Shown here piece by piece: positions 51,541-64,000 of a stretch of 64,000 nt of DNA. Both the position numbers and the translations under genes were made by a program. Numbering within the stretch: position 1 is the first letter of the stretch; every line of letters starts with the position of its first letter. Under the pieces are notes generated by a model that saw only the letters and a list, made by a program, of their open reading frames with translations, was not told the origin of the DNA and made no database searches. This DNA is from Octopus vulgaris (taxonomy: Eukaryota). The stretch is taken from NCBI GenBank assembly GCA_951406725.2, contig OX597834.1, positions 868,001 through 932,000 on the forward strand, read 5' to 3'.

Positions 51541-51631
51541 ATTCTTGCAACGGCTGCAAGATTTATGGTCGATGTATCTGCAATTGGGCACTTTGGATTT
51601 CCAAAGTATTCGATACGTGTATAATTAAAAT
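51541..51631 (+). pseudogene. Truncated third copy of the Cys-rich exon
   Basis: SCNGCKIYGRCICNWALWISKVFDTCIIK; lacks the 3' third and the donor; the nearest AG (51533-51534) gives an in-frame TAA. Confidence 0.8.
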
Positions 51632-51845
51632 TCCAGCCATCATTTCTTCAGACACTATATATCTAGGATTATATTATTCAATGCACCCTACCTTATTGTT
51701 CTTTAAGTTCCTTCCTTTCCGAGAATATACATCTGATTTGAGGGACATTTGACTGCTATTTCTAACAGCTTGGGTGACATTATAGCTACTCATAACTCCG
51801 TCCTGCTATTTCCGTCTGGTGTTTGGTCTATAAGATAAATACCAT

Positions 51846-54800
51846 TGTGTTGTAAAGGAAGAAAAAAGACAGAAGCGAAGAGAGAATTACGGTAGTCTTA
51901 CTTGTCGGTCCGCAGAAAGGGTCACTTTCAACATTCACGTGCTGTCACAATCTCCGTGGTTCACTCCACATCCACATGCACTATCCGATGCTCTACATTC
52001 TCACACATCCACTCTGATGTTCTGTTCGGCACCGACTGACTGTCGTGCTTCACTGAATGCTGTATGTCCACTGCGGCACTTCTGGTGGGATCCGCAGGCT
52101 CCACTTCTGACAGGACATGCCTACTCCCTCACTTCCGATCCTTCCCTACAACACAGCCTGGCTCATAACACCACACGCCCCCTGATCTGAAGATCATTCA
52201 ACCAACCTGCCCACACTCTCTTCTCAACCCTGACCACATGCCTTAACTTGTCTTGTAATCAGCCAACCAGCAAGGAAGGCACTGCTCCCTCTGTGACCGC
52301 TGTGGGACTTCAGGACTGGCCTCAGTTCCTGGCATGTTCCTGCGGGCTTCATCCTCTTGTCCATTACTGTTGGCCCCATCTTCCATCACAGTGATGACCC
52401 TGCACACATCCAAAACATGCTGTGGCATGCCATCAACACATACGTCATTCCTCGAATTCACAGAGGTTATCGTCCCCTTTTCCCACTGTGATGTACACTG
52501 CGCATTTGGGGGCTTAACCCAGACTTCTTCTCCAACCTGCACAAAGGCATGCTCCTTCTCTTCTGTGGGACATGGTGATGCAGTACATGGATGCCTCCAC
52601 TCATACTCGAAAATTTCCCTGTGTGACACTAACGCCTCAGCCTGTCCCATCGTGGGCGACATATTATACCAAAAAACGGTCTCGGCCACTGAGATGTGGC
52701 CCCTCTCTGCTATGGTCTTGATGGTACGATGATGCTTCTCCACAACCCCATTGCCACTTGGCCGGTATGCTGCTCTGAAGAAACGGCTGACATGCCACTT
52801 GTCAAGCATTTCCCCCAGCACCTCCAAGCGAAACGCAGTGCCGTTGTCCACAAGCAGCTCATCCACAGGGCCCCATTCTAGGAATACCTCATTCAGTAAT
52901 CTTGTGATTTCCTCCCCAGTCCACAGTGAACCATTGAGAGGTATGTCCCCTGCCAGTACTGTCACATCCACTGCCAGTCATTTCCAGTTGTGTTCCACTG
53001 GAATGATTCTTGCTTCATGCACACCCAGAGCGGGGTCAATGGATTGGCACCTGTCACAGCTCCCAACTACTCTTTGCACACTCTTCCTGGTCATGTCAGA
53101 GTCATCTTTCCTGGCTAGGAACAGGGTCCTGTCCACCCCCTTGTGATGCATGGTATGCAATCTCCTCAGCTCCGAGTCATTCAGTCGACACACCACAGCT
53201 ACTCCTTGCTCCAGATCCTCTGGTACCTGCAACCAGGCTTTCTTTATTTTGGTCTGGACGTCCACTCTATTCCTCTCTGAGGGCACAAAAACCACACTCA
53301 ACCTCAGGTCAAACTCGACTGCTAGCTCGCCCAGAATTCCCAGACGGCATTTTATCAGCATCTCTGCACCCCCTTTGGTTCACACTCTCCACTCGCCTGT
53401 GATCACTGATCCCACCCACCTAAGTACAGTGGCCAAATTGGTCTGGATCTCTATAGTATGCAGCCCCCATCTCAGGGCTAGGCTCAGCCCTTTCAGCATG
53501 ACATCCATCTCCGCCACATTGATGTGGTTGCAGTTGTCCTTCTTCCTAAGCCAGGCTGCATCCTCCACCACGACACCTCCAATTTCCAGGACAACTCCCG
53601 ATGCTATGCTGCTGGCATCACACCAAATGATCCCCTTCTTCAATTTGGGTACATAAAAGTTCCATCTAACTTGGTCCTCCGCAGTCACCCTCTCCAAGAC
53701 TTCTTGCATCATGGCGGTTGTCTTCTCACCCATGTTATCACTCCACCTCACACCTTCAGCTTGCCTTTTGTGAAGCTGCATGCCGTCCGGAGCCATCCTG
53801 CAATTGGGTAGTGTCCCAGCAGCTTCCCACACAGAAAACAGTTCCCGCCTGCTCGTCTCTGAGCCCAGTTCTGGGATCTCATTCCCTCTCTGAAACACCA
53901 ACATGCCAGCCTTGTCTCTCTATAGCTTGAGTCCCAGGGCAGCTCCTCCTTCCATTGCCTCCGCGATGGTTTGGCAGTTAGCCCAAAACTCTTCAAGTGG
54001 CTTATGACCTCTTTTGCCAACACTATACTCTCATCCACCAGGATGTCATCAATATAGGAGTTGGTGGCTCTTTTCACTTTGTCAGCCTTTCCCAATATGG
54101 TCTTGAGAATTGTCAGCATAATCTTTGTTGCTGAATTCAACCCAAATCCCAACCTGGTCAGGCAGTATATCCGTCCCTTATACCTTACCAGCTGATATTT
54201 CCACAGTCTCTCAGCCACATGCAGCTGCAGGTATGCCAAGTCGACGATTGTGAAAGCCCCTGTCATCTGCCTCCAGTCTCTCAAGGTTTCACTACAAATG
54301 TCCATAGCTTTACTGCCCATATGGCACAATATGTGGTCATTCAGCTCCCGGAAATCCAATACTGTCCTGACTTTATGTTTTGTCGGCTGCACCACTGTCA
54401 TCAGTGGTAGCACTCCAGTCTTCCCTTCCTCCTTCCAAGGAATCAGAACACCTTCCTTGATCCACCAGTCCACCTCTCCCTCGAACTCGCTTCTGGCATC
54501 CTCTTTCAGAGTATGCTGATAGCAGCCTACTGTGTTCTTCAGTGTCAGAGGATATCCACTGATGGTGTGTGCAGCATATTTTTCTTCACAGCTCTCACCA
54601 CTCTCCTGTCGTGACTCACAGCGCATAGCACCCCCACATCACCGAACATTACACCAGCTTCATAGACCGTAGCACCTCCCAAGTGGACAATGGCGACCAT
54701 CCTCATCACGACATCGATCCCATCCACTACACAATCAATTACAAAAGCCCGCAACCTCAATCTTGTTCCTTGTACCATCATCTCCACATCGCTACTTTCT

Positions 54801-56039
54801 CTGCATTCAATTACCATACCATCAACAACCCTTACACTACTCACTCCACTCTTCTACCACTTCTGGAGTTGTTGAACAGCCCATGTCCACGAAGGCTCGT
54901 GAAACCTTTCCATTCACCATGACTTCTACTACAGGCAACGACTGTAAACAGGCCTCTACTCCTTTGAAGGGATGACTAGTGGCGCAGTAGTCTCCCTTGG
55001 ACTGTTTCCCTGCATGCATTCACTAGCAATGTGGCTTATCTGTCTGTATTGATAGTAAATCACTCCAGGCCTAGGTTCCCTGCAGTCCCTTGCCATGTGC
55101 GAACCCTGACACTGAAAACACTGCCCTTTGATGGTCGCGCACGTTCCTTGTTCGACCCCCTCCCTGCCGCTCTTTGTTCGTCCCCTTCTCGGTATTGTAG
55201 TCACTGCCAAAGGTGTCATCCTGCAACAAGACACGATGAATCTGGCCCTAGAGATTACCTCTCCCATTGCCATATTCGGCAGCTATTGCAGCTCGACTGA
55301 CATGTGGTCAGGAAATCCTGTCACAAAGGCTAATTTTACGGTTTGTTCTAACATGCCATCTCTATATCCCACGAGTTTAGCTAATCTCCTGATTTCATTT
55401 AGCAAACACATTGACCTGTTTGCCCATCCAGTCGACCATAAGCCATAAATCGCCCTTCTGTGAGTCTCCATCAGCCGCCTTCTACTTTTTCTGCACTCAA
55501 CTGGTCCTTCTCCTCCATTTCCAGGTATAGTGCCAACACCAATCCATACAGTAGTATAAAACTCATTAGATCATATATACCTTGGAGTCTTGCCACCAAC
55601 TTAATTTTTTGCAGTCAAGCGGTGACATCTCCCTCACCACGAAATGGCTTAACCGTCTCATTCGAAACACAGACCACACCCATCATTTTTTTTTGTTTGT
55701 TTTTTTGAGCCGAAATAGCTTGTGATGTGAAGGAAGAAAAAAGACGGAAGCGAAGAGAGAATTACGGTAGTCTTACCTGTCGGTCTGGAGAAAGGGTCCC
55801 TTTCAACATCCACGTGCTGTTACAATCTCCAAGGTTCACTCCACATCCATGTGCGCTATCCAATGTTCTACTTTCTCACACATCCGCTCTGGTGTGCTGC
55901 TTGCCACCGACTGACTGTCATGCTTCGCTGAATGCTGCATGTCCACCTCAGCACTTCTGGTGGGATCCACAGGCACCACTTCCAACAGGACATGCCTTCC
56001 GATCCTTCCCTCCAACACAGCCTGGCTCATAACACTACA
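51846..56039 (-). mobile_element. Degenerate full-length Gypsy-type LTR retrotransposon; LTRs 51846-52175 and 55721-56039
   Basis: Direct LTRs with TG...CA ends. Minus order gag CCHC (CFQCQGSHMARDC), protease (FVDMGCS), RT (VLDFRELN, YIDD), RNase H (WCDAS), integrase (H..H..C..C, VDNG.AF, NGVVE), i.e. the Ty3/Gypsy order. Confidence 0.92.
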
Positions 56040-56729
56040 GCTATTCAAGGACCATGGTCAATGTAACAAACTGTTTACTCCCAGCAAAAATTGTAGCCTT
56101 GTACCTAGGTAAGAAGTTATTATTTGTATAATGTTTACAAAAACTTCCTATTTTAGTTTATTTTGACAAATAATTTACATTCAGTCGCAAAAAAATAAGA
56201 CTATTTGAAACCATAAATACGTAGTGGGAAATAAGGTAAGTTATGTTTGAAATGAAAGAATTATATTTCAGGATTCTACTTGAAACCAAAACAATTGCCT
56301 CGTAAAATTTACACGTCATACTTTAGACGCAGTCATGTTAACCTCACTCCTTCAGCTTGCCTTTGATGAAGCTGCCCATCCCGCTCAAAATGTCCCTGAA
56401 TAAGGATTGCTTAAGGATGTTGAACAAAACACCCATGTTTCCAGAGGTGAATTATTGAAACCCCCAAAGAATTCCTCTCAACACATGACTATGATGCTCC
56501 CCCACTACTTCTGCTAGTGATCACTAAGGGACACGGTTTGACCTCAACGGATTAAGGTCAAACAACTGGCAGGCAAATCTGTGGTATTGAGCAGAATATT
56601 TGCTGTAGCCCATCTTTTATACCAAGACAAAACAATGTATTATTATTGTTGGTGGTGCTTTTATTATTCATATACACTCAACAGATAAGACTGTTGGAAA
56701 AGAATAGAATCCTAACATTGGGTTACAGC

Positions 56730-59700
56730 AAGTAACCTTAGATGCCAAGAACCCTCCTAAATATCCTAGCTGTCCCTAATATCACTGTTTTTTGTAGCTG
56801 TACTAAACTGGGTTTTATGCCTATTTCCTCTGTCCATCTATCTTTAGGGATAGATTCTAATGCACCTATAAGTACTGGAATACATTTTACTAGCATTTCC
56901 ATAGTCTCAACAGCTAGGTCCTGATACTTTGCTATTTTTTCTATATTTCTCATATTAATTTTTTAATCATTTGGGACTGTAAAGTCAGTTGTCTGTCACT
57001 ATCTATTCTCTTTATCTACTACCTACCAAATCAGGCCTTCTTGCTTCTCTTACTCTGTCAGTCTAAGTGTTAAAGTCCCTCTACATCATGTATTCCTTAC
57101 TTTCTAATAATTTACTAGGTTCATGTTCATACCATTTATCACTATGTTCAAATCCTAGCTTTCTACATAGCACCCAGTGGATTGCTCTCCCTAGATTGTC
57201 AGGTATTTTCTTGTATTCTTTCTGGGCCAGCTGGCTAATTTCACTTACTACATGAGTAACACTTTCCTCTTTTGATTTGCATAACCTACATTGGAAATCT
57301 ACTTGGCTTTTATCCAATTTATCCTTAATGTTAGTGCAGCTACTATCAAACTTTCTATCTCCCTCTTCAGCTTTCCCTTCTACTGCCATAACCATGTTTC
57401 ACTACTACTATTTGCTGAAACTATCTTTGGGAATCTACCATGCAATGCCTTCTGTTCTTTTTTCTGGGTTTTAACTTTGTTTAGGTTTTTGGTTTTCCTC
57501 TGTCTTGATGTGACTCTAGCAGCTTTTAATAAAACTTTCTTCACTATTACTATATAGGAGTCTTTATCTACTCTAGCTAACTCCACATAGTCTTCTACTG
57601 ATATTAACCTTCTTCCGCCTTCCTTTTTATGTAAGTATAGTCTTGCTACTCCTGCCTATGGGTGGAGTCCTCCATTCATATTTATTCCCTTTCTAGTTCT
57701 TCTGTTTAGCTTTGCAAATTTACAGCCTTTGACTTCATTGACTTCCTCGCCCTTCTGATGTACTCCTCATTTTCTGTTTTCTTTTCTATAGCTGTCAGAT
57801 TCTGTCAGATTCTAATACTCCTAAATACTTATATCTTTAATGTCTGGCCATCTGGTAATTGGATGCCATCGCTGTTGACTACCTTCTCATTACACTGTTG
57901 ACTACCCTTCTCATGACCAATATTGCTCACTTATCTATGCCAAATTCCTTGCCTATATCTTTGCTGATGAGTCTTACAGTCTGTATTAAGGAATCTATCT
58001 CCTTTTCATTCTTACTAAAAAAACTTCAGATCATCCATGGTTAATTTTTCCCTTACTATTTCTGAGCTGATACCCTGCCTTTGCCTTTCTTAATACTAAA
58101 CTGAGGGGGATCAAATATAAGGCAAATATTGAAGGGGACAAATCCCCCTTGAAAATTCCTCTTTTGATATTAACTTTCTCTCTAAGAGTGCATCACCTGG
58201 GTAGAGATCTACTTCCCATATCTTCAGACTGTAACTAATCAATTCTCTTATGTTGCCTGCTATGCTGAATATACTCAGACATTCACTTATCCATGAGTGT
58301 GGGATCATAGTATAGGCTTTCTATCCTTTCTATTGTTAGACTTTTCTTTCTCACTTTTACTTCATTTACAACTGATTTGTATAATAGACCATGCATTCCT
58401 CTAGCCTTCTTCCTGCAACCTTTCTCTTCTTCTGGCAGTAAATTCTGGTTGCCAAGGTGCTCATAAATGCTTTCTTAAAACATTCCTGTTAACAGCTTCT
58501 ACACTAACGGTAAGCAAGTCTATAGGTCTATAGTTGCTGGCTCTATTACCCTTGGCTCCTACTATCTTTCATAATCAGTATTCTCCTCCTCTTGTCATTA
58601 TTTTTCTTGTTTTCCTCTCTATTTTGAGTAGTTTATTTAGAGTCCAGTTAAGAATATTGTAGCTGTAACTTATAACTGGGACGGCTAGAGTGTTGATACC
58701 CATTATCTTGTTTTCAGTATTAATATAATTCGTCTGTAGTATTCGTTTCTTATCTTCTCTTTCATTTGGGTGTGTTGAATTGTATCTAGTTCATTGATTC
58801 CTATGTATTTGGATGTCGGGCTTTGGTCTAATTTTCTTATTTCATTTGCTTTATCTAGTGTGATGTTGCTATGCTTAAATAGATTTCCTCTTTTCAAGGG
58901 TGCTTTGGTACATTTTTCTAAGCCAGATTTTGTGTTTATTTCTTTGGTAAATCCATGTAGTGTCTGTAGTAATGTTTCCAGCTATTTACCATTCGTAGCA
59001 TACAGTTTTAGATTATTCATCTACAAGAGGTGGCTGATTGTTTTGCCATAGCAGTTGTATCCACATCCAGTTCTGTTTAGCATGTCTGATAAAGGTGTCA
59101 GTGCCAAGCAGAAAAGGAGTGGATAGAGTATGGTGTCTCTCTAGAATATTCCTCTTCTAATTATGATGGCTTTGGCTTTTATGAATCCCACTTTTGTCTG
59201 GAGCTGTAGTACTGTCTGCCATTTATTCATGGAGTGTTTTATGTAATTTGTGATTATTGGTGCTACCTTGTTCATGGCTAGTGTTTCTAGGATTCATGTG
59301 TGGGGAATACTATTAAAAACCTTTCAGTAGTCGATCCAGGCCATACTTAGACCCTTGTTATTTCTGTGGCTGTCTTCAGTTATAGCTTTATTTATCAGCA
59401 ACTGATCTTTACAGCCATGTGAGCCCTTACAGCATCCCTTCTGCTCTTCTGAAAACAGGTTGTTTTCTTCCAGATGCTTGCTCATTCTCTGCAATATTAT
59501 TGCAGTAAAGGCTTTGTAAATTGTAGGGAGACAAGTTATCAGTCTGTAATTTTGTGAATTTGTTGTTTCAGTAGATTTGGGAATTAGGATAATATTCCAT
59601 TCCGTGAGCCATTCAGGCATTGTCTCTGGCCCTGCTAATATTTCATTACATTTCTCAGCCAACTTTTTATGTGTTCCTGTAAGGTTGATATTGTTGTTGT

Positions 59701-60050
59701 TATTATTATAATTATTATGAAAATCTCTCAGCTTATTTTGTTGAGTATGATGGAAAGTATAAGCTGTCTACAGCAAGCTGACTGAGATGATACTTGTGTA
59801 CTGGTCATGCTTCAAGGACCCTGCGAAGAATTGTTGCAGTTCCAAGCTATACTGATTTTTGTAGTTATTCTGTCTTTATATTTGTACCAATCTTTTTTAG
59901 CCATGTTGGGAGCTGAGTGCTCCAAGAAGGCCAATTACTATTGGTATCATGTCTACTTTCCTCATTTACCACAACTTTCATATTTCTCACTTCAAATCGT
60001 TGTAGAAAGTCAGTTTTTGATCCTGTTGTTACCGCGACATGTTGTTGATA
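56730..60050 (-). mobile_element. Cluster of degraded Dong/R4-type LINE fragments (at least three copies)
   Basis: LQKTVILGTARI, CRLCKSKEESVTHVVS, PHSWISECL and NYRLITCLPTIYK...EEQKGC..GS.GCKDQLLIN...AWIDY. Confidence 0.8.
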
Positions 60051-60669
60051 TTATCACAGTAGTGTCTGTAGCAATGATTGCCTCGCTGCCCTCCTTCAAT
60101 TGAGCAGGCAAGGCAGTTTTCTTTTGGCTGGTGGCTGTGGAAAAAGAGGTTGTTAGGTGGACATGGCTGAAAGGCATGAGGACAGATACACTCCTCTTTG
60201 GTAGAGCTCTCATTGACATCTTCATGTTTCACTTGAACAGGAAATTGAGAGTGGAGAGGGAAGTGCTGTCCTCAAGTGAGTTTACTGAAAGGTGGGTGAA
60301 AGTTGCGAAAATGGCAAGAGTGGATGGTATCTCTCTCAGTGTATACCTGTGAGTCATAGAATAGGAGCTGGAGAGGACACTTACTCATGGTATTCAGGGA
60401 AATCTCAGACAGTGGGGTTCTTCGATTTCACCCAGAGGTCCTCCTGAATCAGGAGGGCTACATTTCTATCAGCCACCCACCACCTTTTTTTTATTTCTTT
60501 AAACCTTTGTATTCTATGCGTATGTCACTTCTTTTTCAGTGTATACCATGTATATTAATTTTCTTTTCATTTCATTATATGTAATCTCCCACACTTTATG
60601 TCTTTCTGTGTATTGTCTTCTTTGCCCTTGTGGCAAATGAAATTATTATTATTATTATTATTATTATTA

Positions 60670-63600
60670 TTGACTTCAATGGTCACGTTGGACGACATGC
60701 TGGGGGCTTCCATGGTGTACATCGAGGCTATGGTTATGTTTCCTGCAACGAGGAGGGAACCAGGCTGCTGGAGTTCTGCGATGCAAATGATCTTATGGTT
60801 TGCAACACTAACTTCAGGAAACCTACCAGCCACCTAGTCACCTATCGATTGGGCCAACATACCAGCCAAATTGACTACATCCTTGCCAGGAAAAGGGAAA
60901 GATGGCTGCTTATAAATGCCAAAACCTTCCCTGGCGAAGAATGTACCCTACAACATAGACTGGTAGTTAGTGACTTTAGGATCAGGACTAAGAGGACGAC
61001 CAGAAGACGACCAACATGGAGAAGAAGGATCTGGAAGCTTAAAGATCCTGTGAATGGACAGAGACTTAGAGACATGTTACTTGAAGCCTTTGACGAAGTA
61101 GAAGGGGATATAGCTTCACATGGGGTAGAAGACAACTGGAGGTCTCTAAGGGACAACCTGCTGAGAGCCACTGACCAGATCTGTGGCTGGTGCAAAGTCC
61201 CCTCTCAACCCAAAATAACGTGGTGGTGGAACAATGTTGTAGACAGAGCTGTTAGAGAAAAGAGACAGGCTTGGAAGGACTGGAAAAATGGTGGTAGCAG
61301 GGAATTGCATCAGACAACCAAAAGAGAAGCTAGGAGACAGGTTTATTTAGCCAGAGGGGAAGCAGATAAGAAAAAATTTGCCAATGTTCTGCGCCGTGAG
61401 GACCAAAGACTTGAGACAGTGTTGCAAAACAGTGCGTGAGAGATGTGGTAGGAGAGAAATGTGTTCACATGGATGATGGCTCACTTGCGCTGAATGAGGA
61501 TGCAAAGAGAGAGGTTTGGAGACACCATTATGAGAGGCTGCTAAATAAGGAAAATTAATGGGATAAAGAGAGTCTGCCAAATGTCGACCCAACAGAGGGA
61601 CCAGCTATCCGAGTTGACAGTTCCTTGGTAGTTAAGGCAATTAGAAGCATGAAGACAGGGAAAGCCCCAGGCCCATCAGGAATCACTGCAGAGATGCTCA
61701 AAATATCTGGTAGTGTCGGCTATAGCCTAGTCACCCGTATAGTTAATCAGGTGATACACGAAGGAGTCATACCCAATGACTGGTGTAGCAGCATAATAAT
61801 TAACTTCTACAAAGGTAAAGGTGACACTTTAGATACAAATAATTACAGAGGTATCAAGCTGTTGGATCAGGTAATGAAGGTCAAGGAGTGGGTCATAGCC
61901 CAACTGATTAGGGAGAGAGTCAGCTTGGATGAGATGCAGTTTGGTTTCATGCCAGGGAAAAGCACCACTAATGCCATATTTCTGGTGAGACAGCTGTAGG
62001 AGAAATACCCAACCAAACAAAGATAAGCCCCTGTACCTGACTTTCGTTGACATGGAGAAAGCCTTCGACAGGGTCCCCCGATCCCTTATCTGGTGGTCAA
62101 TGAGGAAACTAGGGATAGATGAATGGTTAGTGAGAGCTGTGCAAGCCATGTACAGAGACGCTGTAAGTAAGGTGTGGGTTGGCAACGAGTACACTAAAGA
62201 ATTCAGGGTAGAGGTTCAGTCCTCAGCCCCCTCCTATTTATCATAGTCCTCCAGGCAATAACGGAGGAATTCAAGACAGGATGCCCCTGGGAGCTCCTCT
62301 ATGCTGATGACCTTGCTCTAATTGCTGAGTCACTATCAGAACTAGAGGCAAAGTTTCAAGTGTAGAGACAAGGATTAGAATCGAAGGGCCTTAGAGTCAA
62401 TCTAGCTAAAACCAAAGTCCTAATATGTAGGAAGGCAGACAAATCACAAACGCCTTCAGGTAGATGGCCCTGCTCGATCTGTAGAAAAGGCGTAGGTAGA
62501 AACTCTATAAGATGCACCAAGCGTAAGCTATGGACACATAAGAGGTGCAGCAATGTCAAAGGAAGGCTAACTAGGAAGATAGTTTTTGTATGTGGCAGAT
62601 GCTCAAGAGCAATAAACACTGAAAATGCTCTGAGAGCAACTTCCGTCACTTTCCAGGGAGAAAAACTAGAAATAGTTGATAGCTTCCGTTACCTAGATGA
62701 CCAAGTCAGTAGCAGAGGCAGGTGTGCTGAAAGTGTAAATGCTAGAGTAAGAATAGCCTGGGCAAAGTTCAGAGGGCTCTTACCTCTGCTGGTGACAAAA
62801 GGCCTCTCACTCAGAATAAAAGGCAGACTGTATGATGCATGTGTACGAACAGCCATGCTACATGGCAGTGAAATGTGGGCCGTGACTGCTGAGGATATGC
62901 GTAAGCTCACAAGAAATGAAGCCAGTATGCTCCGATGGATGTGTAATGTCAGTGTTCATACTCGACAGAGTGTAAGTACCTTGAGAGAAAAGTTGGACCT
63001 AAGAAGCATCAGTTGTGGTGTGCAAGAGAGATGTTTGCGCTGGTATGGTCATGTAGTGAGAATGGATGAAGATAGTTGTGTGAAAAAGTGCCACACCCTA
63101 GCGGTTGAGGGAACCTGTGGAAGAGGTAGACCCAGGAAAACCAGGGACGAGGTGGTGAAGCACGACCTTTGAACTTTAGGTCTCACCGAGGAAATGACCA
63201 GAGACCGAGACCTTTGGAAGTATGCTGTGCGTGAGAAGACCCAGCAGGACAAGTGAAACCATAACCCGTGGCCTCTACCTGGGACGTAGCCAGCCCACTT
63301 ACGCATACCTTTCCTTCTTGTGACACAAACCCTACTTGTGAAGACCTGTTGAGGCAAGTGAAAATCGAAATCTATCAACATCAATGGAAATTGCAGCTGT
63401 GATACCAGTGCCGGCGGCACATAAGAGAACCGTCCGAATGTGGCCGTTGCTTGCTCTGCCCCGACTGGCCTCCGTGCCGGTGGCACGTAAAAAGCACCAT
63501 CCGATCATGGCCATTTGCCAGCCTCGTCTGGCACCTGTGCAGGAGGCATGTAAAAAGCACCCACTACACTCATGGAGTAGAACACTGCCAGATCAGACTG

Positions 63601-63700
63601 GGCCTGGCACAGCCTACTGGCTCCCCAGACCCCAGTTGAACCGTCCAACCCATGCTAGCATGGAAAACGGACGTTAAACGATGAAGATGATGATGATGAT
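60670..63700 (+). mobile_element. 5'-truncated RTE LINE (APE C-terminal part, RT, 3' UTR and (GAT)n tail), frameshifted
   Basis: ORFs 60630-61439, 61625-61999, 62052-62246 and 62792-63172 with RTE motifs; tail at 63680-63700. Confidence 0.93.
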
Positions 63701-64000
63701 GAGTGAGAGAGCAGTGCATGCCATCAAAGTGACATTGGGGTAAAATATATGAAGCCCAGTATACCCATCATGACTACCCATCTGAAAAGGGAACACCAGG
63801 CACATGCATCACAACCACATGTACTCAACATGGTGATCTCATATCAAGATAAACAGTGCATGACCTTGCAGGTGGGGCCCAGTTAGAATTTTCTTCATGT
63901 CGTGTAGCTCATCCCACTCAAAAGGTCCCTGAATAAGGGTTGTTTAAGGATGTTGAACGAAACACCCATGTTTCCAGAGGTAAATTATTCAAACCCTAAA

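Noticed and set aside
60060-60480. Cys/His-containing minus ORFs 60010-60232
   Set aside because: No recognisable motif or splice structure; probably a decayed TE ORF1.
51632-64000. Homologue of exon 14488 for paralogue 2
   Set aside because: None found; the region is almost all TE, so the exon is probably beyond the window or lost.

Overview
AT-rich, microsatellite-dense animal genomic DNA. The repeat complement (tRNA-derived SINEs, RTE LINEs with (GAT)n tails, Dong/R4-type RLE LINEs in (TAA)n) looks like an octopus/coleoid cephalopod; this is an inference. Most of the window is transposable-element debris: RTE, Dong/R4, CR1-group, Penelope-like, Gypsy, Helitron, MITEs and SINEs. Short + strand exons between the TEs, not resolved as such in the ORF track, appear to encode two tandem paralogues of a small secreted cysteine/tryptophan-rich protein (exons 3938-4084 and 14488-14567; signal-peptide exon 46692-46746 and exon 51112-51249), plus a third truncated exon copy at 51541-51631. 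Other notable structure: a near-identical 3.9-kb inverted duplication (23426-27373 / 31941-35876) that looks like a CR1 read-through transcript retro-copied via an RTE 3' tail, and three intact-looking type I hammerhead ribozyme motifs. All calls were made by eye; no database searches were run.
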